DNA of 64,000 nucleotides from the NCBI GenBank assembly GCA_951406725.2, contig OX597817.1, positions 25,978,001 through 26,042,000 of the forward strand, written 5' to 3'. The notes beneath the pieces were generated by a model that was not told the origin of the DNA, did no database searches, and worked only from the letters and a program-made list of their open reading frames with translations. Positions 1-11,048 of this stretch are shown here, piece by piece. The stretch comes from Octopus vulgaris. Its lineage: Eukaryota. The first letter of the stretch is position 1, and each line of letters opens with the position of its first letter. The position numbers were made by a program, and so were the translations under genes.

Positions 1-1404
1 GCCATTCATTTTCACTATTATGTGAAAAATATCTAGCTGGAGGGCAAATACAAGAAATTTTACTTTGCTTCGAAACAGGCATGGGTTGGCAAAAGGAAGG
101 GTCTCTGGCAGTAGAAAATCAGCCTCAGTATACTCTATATGACCCATGAAGAGGAGAATGATAATGGTAATATGTGTGTGTGTGTACGTGCATGAGTGTG
201 TGTGTGTGATGCAAGAAAGAAGGCTCTATCAGTATAGAAATATAATGAATATGGATGATGACAATGTTTAAGGAACAACTGATTGCTTAATGTAAGGTTG
301 TGGAAGATGGAAATTTAGGAAGATATGAGACAAAATGGTGACAACTGATCTCAGAAATCTGAACTTTGTAGATGACATGACAAAAGAACTTGGATGGCAG
401 GTGAGATGCTGTTCTAAAGAACACTCACCTATCTCAGCAAAATTAAGTTCTGGGAGAAATGAATGTGTGTATGTATATTCACATCTGGGTCCTTCACCTA
501 ATTTCCTCCTCAAGGCACCACCACAACCCACCAGATTTTAAACTGCAGCTTTACTTTAATACCAATAATCCTTCTCATTGCTTAGAATCATTTCCCTTGG
601 CATCCACTAGTCATCCTTAAACTGTCCTCTCCACAAACATTTTACATTGATCACCCATTTGTGAGATCAAATTATTTCTTCTCCACCACCAGACATATCA
701 CTTTTTCCATGCACTGAACTTGCTATTTTCTCTCCCCACCCTCTTGCAACAAACCCAACCATGTATCATCTCTCTCTCTCTCTCCCTCCCTCTCTCTCTC
801 TTTCTCATCCTTTCTCTGTCTACTGTATCATCATTATTATTTTGCTGTTCTTAGCTCCCATGCATCAATAGTCACCTCCACTCCTTATCCACCTTTCATT
901 ATATCTACTACCCAACATATATCCTTCATTCATTATACTCATCTCTTCAACCATTCCCCATCTCTCATGCTTCCATGCACTCTTGAAAACTCCACCCGCC
1001 TACAGTCCCAGTTCTTCTGTCTCCACTCACTTTTCTCACCTTGTACCATGAAGGCTCACCAACTCATCTTATCACAGTTTTTAACTATTCCCAGCTCCAT
1101 CCCAGTCGCTCCTTTTTTCTAAATTGTGAATGCCAAGTAGCTCCTCTACAGCAAGAAACCTGTTCTGTTCTGACCTGTTCTCTCATACATCAACCCCTTG
1201 TTTTATCTTCTTGTATAAAGCTTCTTGTATAAAGCCTTGCAACCTCATTAGTGCTGGTGACAGGAAAAGTAAAAACCCAGTGCATGTCAGTGTTAGGAAA
1301 CCATGTTAGCATAGAACATGCATATTAAATGATGTGATGATAATGATAATTGCTGTCTAAATCACTTTTCTTACATTTATACACACCCTCTACCCACACT
1401 GGGA

Positions 1405-1424
1405 CTCTATCTCTCTGGCCATAG

Positions 1425-1487
<63 letters not shown>

Positions 1488-1510
1488 GGGAGAGAGATAA
1501 AGAGATAGAT

Positions 1511-1555
<45 letters not shown>

Positions 1556-1585
1556 GGGAGAGAGATAAAGAGATAGATTGATATA

Positions 1586-1646
<61 letters not shown>

Positions 1647-1672
1647 AGAGGGAGAGAGATAAAGAGAAAGAT

Positions 1673-1718
<46 letters not shown>
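1405..1718. repeat. Compound (TA)n microsatellite with a repeated ~30-bp spacer
   Basis: Four (TA)n tracts separated by three near-identical CAGAGGGAGAGAGATAAAGAGATAGATTGA spacers. Confidence 0.9.
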
Positions 1719-1719
<1 letters not shown>

Positions 1720-2194
1720 CATATATAAATAGGCACACATGCACACAACCAACTATCTACCCTACTTTCCAACACATACACATGCAAATGTATGTATATT
1801 AGTAACTAAAAGTTGTACGGAGTTAAGAACAGTAAATGAAATTATGTGTGCAAGAAAATTGCTGTTGATTATCTTTAAGCACGATACTTATCCTCATCAT
1901 TCAAGAATGATATGAGGAATCTAATCAGTGCAGGAACCAATTTGGATAAAGTCTTAACTAGAGTTAGTTTCTGATAATGACTTTTGCTATTTAAAAATTG
2001 ATATAGCAGAAATATATTCCAGTTTGATAATGTCCACTTAATAATTCTTGAAGAGAAAAATTAGAAAATGATGCTGGTGAGTTGATTACAAGATGTTTTG
2101 TTTTGTTTTGTTTTTTTTTAGAATTCTAGAAGAGACCAGTCAAAAGTTTGGCTTCATGGATTTCAATACCGTCACTAAGTACTTTATATATTTA

Positions 2195-2599
2195 CTAGCA
2201 GTATCGCCCGGCGTTGCTCAGGTTTGAAAGGGAAATAACTATATAAGCATTTTTAGAGAGTTATAGCCAAAAAATAGCAAAAAAATGCATTAAAAATGGA
2301 AAAAAAAATGATTGTAATTTTTTTTTAAATCGTTGACTCATCGTAGACATTTTTAGAGAGTTACTTCCCTTATGTAATAGCGAAAAAAATGCATTAAAAT
2401 CGAAAAAAATGATGGTAAATATTTATTTTAAAATTGTAGACTCATCGTAGACGCGCGCTAATACCCAGAATGGCTCGATATGAATCACGACTATAAGATA
2501 CCCGGTTTGGGTTAAACTGCACCGCAAAATGTGGGAGTAGTTAGGAATCTAAATCGTAGGAGACAGACACTCACACAACTTGACTTTTATATATAAAGA
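2195..2599 (-). mobile_element. Non-autonomous Helitron, complete
   Basis: Minus strand starts TC-TTTATATATAAAA (2599) and ends with a GC hairpin (CCTGAGCAACGCCGGG) then CTAG (2195-2198). Inserted between A and T with no TSD. Confidence 0.85.
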
Positions 2600-2619
2600 T
2601 GCGTCAGTTATACAACTAC

Positions 2620-2935
2620 TGTCTTTTATCTGTTGCTTGCTATAGTCATTGGATTTTGGCCATACTGGGGCACTGCCTTAAAGGGTTGTAGTAGAATGAA
2701 TTGACCCCCAATAGTTAATCTTTTAAGCCTTATACATATTCTGAACTGTTAGTTTAGAGAGATATAAAGAAACTAACACTAGTTGATAAGCATTAGTGAA
2801 GGAAACACACACACATGCGCAAATAGATACATATAAATATATGATAAGGCTTCTTTCAGTTACCATCTATCAAATCCACTCACAAGGCTTTGGTTGGCCC
2901 AAAACTATATTAGAAGACATTTGCCAAAGTTGCAA
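2620..2935 (-). mobile_element. SINE family A, degenerate and 5'-truncated
   Basis: Matches family A body and tail (CAAATCCACTCACAAGGCTTTGG; GGCCATACTGGGGCACTGCC). Confidence 0.75.
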
Positions 2936-2966
2936 CGAGGTTATCTCCCATGTCAGTGTATATATA

Positions 2967-3705
2967 TTGGGTTGGCAACTAAGTTCCTGCCGGTTTTTTT
3001 TTTTAAATTAAAATTTTTTAAAAGGTTTAATAAAAAATAACAACTAATTAATCAATAATGTATTCATCCTTGTTGTTTACTACTTCTTCCCAACGTTCAA
3101 CAAGATTTTCAATACCTCGTTAGTAGAAATCACCTGATTTCGACTCAAAAACTTGATCCAACCAAGATCTCAATTCTGTGACAGTATTGAAAGAAACTCT
3201 GCACAGAGCATCTGAAAGAGATTGAAAAAGGTAGAAATCCCTTGGTGCCAAATCAGGAGAGTACAGCTGGTGTGGCAGCACTTCCCAGCCATGCATATGA
3301 ATAGCTTCCTTGGTCATATTGGCGATATGAGGGTGGGCGTTGTCGTGCAGCAGAAGAACCTCATGTTGCCAATTAGGTCTTTTCTCTGGAATAACCATGT
3401 TGAGTCGTTCCATATGCTGAACATAGAATTCCACGTTGACCGTTTGGTTCCATTTAAGCAATTCATAATGGATAATCCCTTCTCAGTCCCACCATGCACA
3501 ATATCGCTTTACGTAGATGAAGATCTTGTTTCACGTGCGGTGTTGCTTGTTTACCAGGGCTAAGCTATTCTTACACTGTAGAGGCACTATTTTTCGTTGC
3601 CAGTAACAATTCAGTAAAGAAATCGTTGCTTGTGTCCATGAATTGAGCATTGACGAGCAAGAAAACTAGCAGAGATTGTGGCTCGTCGATTTTTGTTGCT
3701 AGAAT
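2967..3705 (-). mobile_element. Mariner (Tc1/mariner, D,D34D) transposon, 5'-truncated
   Basis: TA followed by TIR TTGGGTTGGCAACTAAGT at 2967; transposase remnant on minus strand; second TIR absent. Confidence 0.9.
3048..3700 (-). pseudogene. Mariner transposase pseudogene, C-terminal catalytic half
   Basis: IVTGNEK* (decayed TGDEKW), then HDNAHPH with 34 residues to the last D of YSPDLAPRDFYLF, then FY*RGIENLVERWEEVVNNKDEYIID*. Premature stops and frameshifts present. Confidence 0.9.
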
Positions 3706-4348
3706 AAGAATAAGGAGCAACCTTCACCACTACTTACTCAGTTGCCTAAGTAACAGAAACTGTGTACTACTTCTAAAGATATAAACATAAACTCTCACAC
3801 ATACATATAGTTACAGGCACATATTTAGAAATTTGTCTTGTTAGAGCTACTGTATTCTAGTTTCCTAAATAATGAAGCAATTTTCATGTAAATTTAGATC
3901 CACAGTATTAAAGACAAGTGAGGAACTGACTGAAAATATCAAGAACAAATATCTTAAACATTTCACATTTTGACATGATAGGCTTATCGTGACACTCTCG
4001 AATGATAATTGAACAATACTTGTCATACACACACACAAGCATTAACTGGATTTAAATAGATTTCTTTGTAAAAATCAGCAATTTTAATACGGTGAAATAA
4101 TGGAGCATATACAATATATCGTTTATATTCTTCTTGTGTCATTTTTTGAAGTATGGTCATGCTGGGGCACAACCTTGAAGGATTTAGTTGAACAAATAGA
4201 CCTGTGTACTTATTTTAGTCAAATCTGGTACTTATTCTATCAGAATATTTTATAATTATTTTATAATTTACATAGGTATGCCGGTTCAGGCTTTCTGCTT
4301 GAATCTCAGTTGTGTGGCTTCAGCTCTTTGCAATATGCTAGTAATGTA

Positions 4349-4611
4349 AAATGATAATAAATGCACCCTTTTAAAGCCTCGCCAGGCTCATGGGCCCGGT
4401 TTCTCGGTTTCAATGGCGTATATGTTCCCCATCTGGACAGGACGCCAGTCCATCGCAGCGTTACTCATTTTTGCCTGCTGAGTGGACTGGAGCGATGTGA
4501 AATGAAGTGTTTTGCTCAAGAACACAACGCATCGCCCGGTCCAGGAATCGAAACCACAATCTTACAATCATGATGCTGACACCCTAACCACTGAGCCATG
4601 CGCCTCCATCA
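4349..4611 (-). mobile_element. tRNA-headed SINE family D
   Basis: A box TGGCTCAGTGG and B box GGTTTCGATTCC; 11-bp TSD CTAGTAATGTA (4338-4348, 4612-4622); homologous to copies at 26246 and 55623. Confidence 0.85.
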
Positions 4612-4877
4612 CTAGTAATGTAGTAGCTGAGATATAGGTTAATGGTTTCGTAGGTTGTTTTTATACCTCTGGAGTGTGTGGTCTTCAGATGTTTGTGTGC
4701 TATTTTGTTTACTACCTCTGATTCTAATTTACTAGGCTCTTTACTTCTACTGATGTTCTATGGCCTGTCATTCAAATTAAGGTTGTGGACATGTTGAAAC
4801 ATATCATCTCAGGTCACTTGTAAAGCATCTACAAGGTTTTGGTGTTCTTCTGTTTGTACAGTAAAGGTATGGATTTC

Positions 4878-5205
4878 AGTGGCCACCATGCCGATGGCAT
4901 GTAAAAAACACCATTCAAGCGTGATTGTTGCACGAGGTCGTTGCCAGTGCCGCTGGACTGGCTCCTGTGCAGGTGGCACATGAAAAGCATCATTTGAGTG
5001 TGGCCGTTGCAAGTACCACGTGCGTGGCCCTCGTGCTGGTGGCACGTAAAAGCACCCACTACACTCTCAGAGTGGTTGGCATTAGGAAGGGCATCCAGCT
5101 GTAGAAACTCTGCCAGATCAGATTGGAGCCTGGTGTTGCCATCTGGTTCACCAGACCTCAGTCAAATCGTCCACCCCATGCCAGCATGGAAAGTGGACGT
5201 TAAAC

Positions 5206-5237
<32 letters not shown>
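4878..5237 (+). mobile_element. RTE LINE 3'-end copy (family B), 3 internal repeat units
   Basis: GTGGCACGTAAAAGCACC-type units, TGGCATTAGGAAGGGCATCCAGCTGTAGAAAC block, GGACGTTAAAC(GAT)n tail. Confidence 0.8.
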
Positions 5238-5238
<1 letters not shown>

Positions 5239-5752
5239 ATTGGTGTGTTTTTACTGCAAGCACTGACTGCTCTGTCTGTCCCTCATTGGATGTTGTATGA
5301 TTACTTTCAACATCTGGCTTTACAGTGCAACCTTGCTTTGAATCAGACAATTTCATTAGGTGTATCAATTTACATTTAAGGATTTACATTTGCTCGTTCA
5401 TTTAAATGTTTTAAGGAAAAATATAATTCTAGATGTTTGGAGTTCCACAACTATTCTAATCTTTTTCTTAAAACAGAACTTTCGATAGTCAGATTGTATA
5501 TATTCCTTGTATAAATCTTTGTCAAGATCATTGGTCCATTGTATACAGTGATTGTAGTTATTGATTTACTTGAAGGAAACTTATAACTTTAGCCCTGATA
5601 ATTTTGTCGTTTCACAAATATTTATATTTGTTTTTCAAAATAAACAATGATCTTACAGTTTTATATTTAAGAGATGAGAAATTATGCACATTATTTACAT
5701 TATTTATTTTATTTACATTTGACTGATATTTATCCTCATCTTGTTTGTTATT

Positions 5753-5798
5753 AACACAATGTTTTGGCTGATATACCCTGCAGCCCTCTTCAGGTTTC
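5753..5798 (-). ncRNA. Minimal type I hammerhead motif, decayed
   Basis: Minus strand gaaac CTGAAGA gggctg..cagcc AAAA ca tt gtgtt; GAAA changed to AAAA. Confidence 0.55.
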
Positions 5799-5852
5799 TT
5801 GGGAAAATTTCGAACCTTTGGAATGAGAAGCCAGGTTCGAAATTTCCCCCAA

Positions 5853-5898
5853 GACACCTGATGAAGGCTGGAGGGTATATCAGCTGAAATGTTGAGTT
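5853..5898 (+). ncRNA. Minimal type I hammerhead ribozyme motif, Penelope-type
   Basis: gacac CTGATGA a ggctg-gagggtatat-cagct GAAA tg tt gagtt; intact core boxes and helix II, with point changes in helices I and III. Confidence 0.7.
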
Positions 5899-5995
5899 AA
5901 CAACAAACAAGATGAGAATGTAAATAATATCAATAATGTAAATATCTTTAAAAGTTTCAATAAAGTTTTGTTAGAATTAAATTTGTGTGTGTGTG

Positions 5996-6065
5996 TACAT
6001 ATACATACATACATACATACATACATACATACATACATACATACATACATACATACATACATACA

Positions 6066-6095
<30 letters not shown>
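5996..6095. repeat. (TACA)n microsatellite
   Basis: Directly visible tetranucleotide array. Confidence 0.95.
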
Positions 6096-6096
<1 letters not shown>

Positions 6097-6097
6097 G

Positions 6098-6260
6098 TAC
6101 GTCCATACACAATGGGTTTCCACACAGTTTCTGTCAGACAAATTCACTCACCAGGCATTGGTCAGCCTAGCTCTAATGTAGAAGACACTTACCCAAGATG
6201 TCATACAGTGGGACTGAACCCAAATCTGTATAGTTGCAAAGCAAACTTCTTAACCACACT
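6098..6260 (-). mobile_element. SINE family A, degenerate 5' half
   Basis: GAAGACACTTACCCAAG and AGTGGGACTGAACC motifs. Confidence 0.7.
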
Positions 6261-7495
6261 AACACCAAAATCTCTTCCTTAAATTCTACATTTGAGTGTA
6301 TGGTGATCTAGATTCAGTTTTTGACCATTGCTTTAATATTTCATGTTTGTTTGGGTCCAATGAAAGTTGCTACCAATTTTGTAAGATGATTTCAAATTTT
6401 GCACCATAAAATTTTGTTTAATTTTAAAATACTTAAAAGAAATGTAACAAACTCCATTGCATATTTGATCGTTATCGGTAATGATAATTACAATCAAAAT
6501 GAGAACTAGATCTTCTAATATTGCATATTCATATTTCAATCTATTTTTCTTCCTGTATTCCTTTATTAAATACATGTATACTCATTTACCACACACATAC
6601 AAAGGGGAAAAAACTTAATTATCAACTTCCCATATTCTACTTCGACCTCAAGAAAAACAATTGAATTCACAGCTTGACACTTGCAGTTAAAAGACTCATT
6701 TTATTGATATACATTCTCTTTTATCTTAGCCTTGAGGGCTTTCCCTTTGTAAGCTAATCCAAGAAGCACATTGATAATTCCATTTAACTGAATTTAATTA
6801 CTGAAGAGAGAGACTAAAATAAAAATCAGGTTTCAAGTTTTACGTTATCAGTTTTAATTAAAGATTAAATTAATTTCATTCTGGTTCTTAAGATCATTTC
6901 TCGTTTTGCTTAAAATTTTACCGAATGCTTGTTAGAAAACAGAATTGAATAAAACATTTGCAGAAAATAGAATTATTTTTGCTTCATAATTTATAAGTGA
7001 AATTTTCTGAGCTGGAAATGAAATAAAACAATACTGATATTCACCATAATTTGATTCCTTCCAGATACCATTTATTCATTTATTTATTTATTTTATCTAT
7101 TTATTTATTTATTCATTCACTTATGTGTAACTATTTTAAAAAGTGTTTATATATTCATTTTAGATATAATATTTGTATTTTTTAACATTTATCTATAAAT
7201 GTTTTGTATTTATTTATTCATTGCTGGTTTTGTATCGAGACTATATATTTCACAGATTTCTGAAACAAGTGTCAACTTAGCTAAAATTGCATTTATAAAT
7301 TCAATATGCAATCTAACAACTTGCTAATGTTTGAGAAAAATGATAAACAATGTAAATTAAATATTCAGAGAAACCTCTTTGCTTAGTTAAATACAGAGAA
7401 TCAGTAGAAAGTAATTTATTCAATTTAATATATATTTTATTCAATATACAGAATTGAACTGATGTCTTAACAAAACAGTCAATCTCCCTATAACA

Positions 7496-7519
7496 GTGAT
7501 GGTGTTGGTGGTGGTGATG

Positions 7520-7572
<53 letters not shown>

Positions 7573-7588
7573 GGTGGTGGTGGTGGTG

Positions 7589-7622
<34 letters not shown>

Positions 7623-7670
7623 CAGCAGTAGTAGTAGTAGTAGTAGTAGTAGTAGCAGCAGCAGCAGCAG
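7496..7670. repeat. Compound (GGT)/(AGT)/(AGC) trinucleotide microsatellite
   Basis: Directly visible. Confidence 0.95.
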
Positions 7671-8321
7671 CTGTCCTTTGTTTTTTTTGAAGCAAATATT
7701 TTTATATAAATTGATTGATTATACAGGATTCATACTTCAAATGTTTTTGTTGCTTAATTCTAAGTCTGAGTTTGACTGTGAACACCAGTTTTTTTCCTTT
7801 AAAAATTATTCAATATAAGCCTTCTTTTCTTAGGTTCATTAAGTGGTGAATTGAAGTAAATCTAATTGCTATTTCTAGCAGATTGAGTAACTGCATTAAA
7901 GGCTCTTTTGACAGCTCTCCCTGATTTGACCTATTTGGCAATGGAACCATGTTACTGCTTACTCAAAATGAGAGAAATGTTGTATGTAACTGGCCAATAT
8001 GGAATAGATTGAATAACATAGTATCTTATTTATTATTGGAGATGAACACCAATTTCTTCATGTAATCAGCTTCAAAAATTGTTAAGATATTAAGATATTT
8101 TCTTAAAATAAAACCAATGGTAGCCTTATACACAAATGTGTGTGTGTGTGAAAAGGTTGAATTATATTTCATCATTTATTTTGGATGGTTCCAAAGAGCA
8201 ATTTCTAACAAAGATTCTTCATATTTAGCTGGTGTATTACTGGTGTAAAATTTATGAAAAATATGAAATTATTACATGTATATGGTGTGTTATGAGAATT
8301 TATGGAAAAGTAGCCCATAGA

Positions 8322-8907
8322 ATCTCAACAAATATGTTAAAACTGGAGAAGGGAAGAAGTTAAAATTTGAAAGAATTTTAATACAAGCATCTGATCATTT
8401 CAAACAATGATATTAACATGTATATAACATGGTAGAATAATTAAAATTAATTTGATTGATTTAAACTAATTATATATCACTGATCTCCTCAGTGCAAGAA
8501 GTATACAACAATAGTTATTATTATTATTACAGAAGACTTGATAAAGGAGAAAGCAGATAGCAAATTCGGATGTATTTACACAAAATGAGAAAAATGTTAT
8601 ATGATATGTGATATTGTCTATGTATATTCAAATTTGTTTTCTGCTATCTCCTTCATCAAGTCTTCTGTAATAATAATAACTACTGTTGTCTACTTCTTGC
8701 ATTGAAGAGAACAGTGATATGTAATTAATTTAAATTAATTATAGGCATAGGTGTGGCTGTGTGGTAAGTAGCTTGCTTACCAACTACGTGGTTCTGGGTT
8801 CAGTCCCACTGCGTGGCACCTTGGGCAAGTGTTTTTTTACCATAGTCTCGGGCTGACCAAAGCCTTGTGGGTGGATTTGGTAGATGGAAACTGAAAGAAG
8901 CCTGTCG

Positions 8908-8940
<33 letters not shown>

Positions 8941-9270
8941 ATATGTGTTTGTCCCCCCAACATCACTTGACAACCGATGCTGGTGGGTTTACATCCCTGT
9001 AACTTAGCAGTTCGGCAAAAGAGACCGATAGAATAAGTACTAGGCAAAGAATAAGTCCTGGGGTCGATTTGTTCGACTAAAGGCGGTGCTCCAGCATGGC
9101 CACAGTCAAATGACTGAAACAAGTAAAAGAATAAAAGAATAATCTCATTAATTTTAATTATTCTACATGGTACTTACATGTTAATATCACTGTTTAAAAC
9201 GATCGTATGCATGTATCAAAATTCTTTCAAATTTTATCATCTCTTTTCCATTTTTAGAATTTTTGTTGAG

Positions 9271-9272
<2 letters not shown>
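8322..9272. mobile_element. Long foldback/MITE whose right arm is interrupted by a SINE
   Basis: 8322-8580 is the reverse complement of 8615-8740 plus 9141-9272 (e.g. TTACAGAAGACTTGAT / ATCAAGTCTTCTGTAA; CTCAACAAA / TTTGTTGAG). Confidence 0.75.
8743..9140 (+). mobile_element. SINE family A, full length
   Basis: A box TGGCTGTGTGG, B box GGTTCAGTCCC, internal TA/TG microsatellite, tail GGCGGTGCTCCAGCATGGCC..GACTGAAAC and short AAAAGA repeats. Confidence 0.9.
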
Positions 9273-9308
<36 letters not shown>

Positions 9309-9575
9309 TGTATGTATGAATGTGTGTGTGTGAGTATTTGGACTGCTAAACTAATTAATCATTGTCATCATCATCCTAATATTCATTTGTCTATTATATT
9401 GACACAGGTTGAACAAGTCTGCAATTCAGGAAATTGCTATACAAAGGAACAAGTATATAACACCTCAACAGTGACTGTTTAATGATGCCGTACTCTTCTT
9501 TTCCAAAGTATTTTTACTGTTGTCGAGTGTATATTTCTGCTTTGCTACTTTATAGCATAATTACATTTTATTTTA

Positions 9576-9745
9576 TGCAGGTGTGACTGTATGGTAAGAA
9601 GTTTGCTTCCAAACCACATGGTCTTCAGTTCAGTTCCATTGCACTGTACTGTGATCCTATGCTTTCTACAATAGCTTCAGGCTGACCAAAGTCTTGTGAG
9701 GTGAATCGATTTAGTAGATGGAAATTTAAAGAAACTTGTCATATA
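9576..9745 (+). mobile_element. SINE family A, degenerate 5' half
   Basis: Head and body similar to the 8743 copy. Confidence 0.65.
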
Positions 9746-9771
9746 TATATGTGCATGTGTGTGTATACATA

Positions 9772-9994
9772 CAGTAATTCTTCAACTATCGTGGGTGTTA
9801 GGTTATGATCCAAAACTCCCTGCAATTGATGAAAATTCACGAAATAGAAACAGTAATGTGCTGTATATTTTTTTATTATTTTTATAATTTATATATATTT
9901 ATTTTATCATAAATGCAAAACAACACCATGGAGGACTCAACGTAACCTTAAATCATAAACTGCGATAGGCAAACCGCGATATGGCAAAGGATTC
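9772..9994. mobile_element. pogo/Tigger-like MITE, degenerate
   Basis: TA then CAGTAATTCTTCAACTATCG at left; CGCGATATGGCAAAGGATT at right, cut by a family B insertion. Confidence 0.5.
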
Positions 9995-10572
9995 ATCATC
10001 ATCATCATCATTTAGCGTCCGTTCTCCATGCTAGCATGGGTTGGACGGTTCAACTGGGGTCTGTGAAGCTGGAAGGCTTCATCAGGCCCAGTCAGATCTG
10101 GCAGTGTTTCTACGGCTGGATGCCCTTCCTAACGCCAACCACTCCGTGAGTGTAGTGGGTGCTTTTTACGTGCCACCTGCACAGGTGCCAGACAGAGCTG
10201 GCAAACGGCCACGAACGGATGGTGCTTTTATGTGTCACCGGCACGGGGCCAGGCGAGGCTGGCAACGGACACGAACGGATGGTGCTTTTACGTGCCACCA
10301 ACACGGGGGCCAGACAGAGCTGGCAAACGGCCACGAAACGGATGGTGCTTTTACGTGTCACCGGCACGGGGGCTAGGCGAGGCTGGCAACGGGCACGAAC
10401 GGATGGTGCTTTTACATGCCACCGACACGGGGGCCAGACAGGGCTGGCAAACGGCCACGAACGGATGGTGCTTTTACGTGTCACCGGCACGGGGGCCAGG
10501 CGAGGCTGGCAACGGACACGAATGGATGGTGCTTTTACATGTCACTGACATGGGGGCCAGACAGGGCTGGCA
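9994..10572 (-). mobile_element. RTE LINE 3'-end copy (family B) with about 7 tandem ~60-bp units
   Basis: (CAT)n tail, conserved block, then alternating 60-bp units each containing GGTGCTTTTACGTG(C/T)CACC. Confidence 0.85.
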
Positions 10573-10573
10573 A

Positions 10574-10604
<31 letters not shown>

Positions 10605-10631
10605 CTGTGTCTGTGTGTATGTGTATATATA

Positions 10632-10666
<35 letters not shown>

Positions 10667-10681
10667 GTGTGTGTGTGTGTG

Positions 10682-10750
<69 letters not shown>

Positions 10751-10831
10751 GTGTGTGTGAGACTATCTCCTTGGCTTCATTTAACAGTTGTAAATGAATA
10801 ACACCATCATGCAAGCAATGTCTGTCATTTC

Positions 10832-11048
10832 AAGGCGGCAGGCTGGCAGAAGCATTAGCATGCTGGGTAAAATGCTTAGTGGTATTTTGTCTGCCTCTAT
10901 GTCCTGAGTTCAAATTCCATCAAAGTCGACTTTGCCTTACATCCTTTCGGGGCCGATACATTAAGTACCAGTTGTGCGTACTGGAGTCGATCTAATTGAC
11001 TGGTCCCCTCCCCCAAAATTTCAGGCCTTGTGCCTAGAGTAGAAACGA
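10832..11048 (+). mobile_element. SINE family E (CORE-like)
   Basis: tRNA-like head then GTCGACTTTGCCTTACATCCTTTCGGG..TAAGTACCAG; imperfect TSD AATGTCnnTCATTTC. Confidence 0.8.

Larger units (their letters stand above)
5690..5945. mobile_element. Foldback element, probably Penelope-derived, with a hammerhead motif in each arm
   Basis: Imperfect inverted repeat centred near 5822; each arm contains a minimal hammerhead core. Confidence 0.75.

Noticed and set aside
1325-1802. ORFs rich in YI, HT, CV, MYVC or poly-amino-acid runs here and throughout the track
   Set aside because: Translations of stop-free microsatellites; no evidence of genes.
6730-6748. Possible 19-nt plus-strand microexon (TTAG|...|GTAAGC)
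   Set aside because: Not a multiple of three and the donor context (TTT|GT) is weak.
10041-10684. Overlapping 110-150 aa ORFs and a CRISPR-like repeat/spacer appearance
   Set aside because: Eukaryotic LINE 3' UTR tandem repeat; the spacers are themselves repeated and no cas genes are present.
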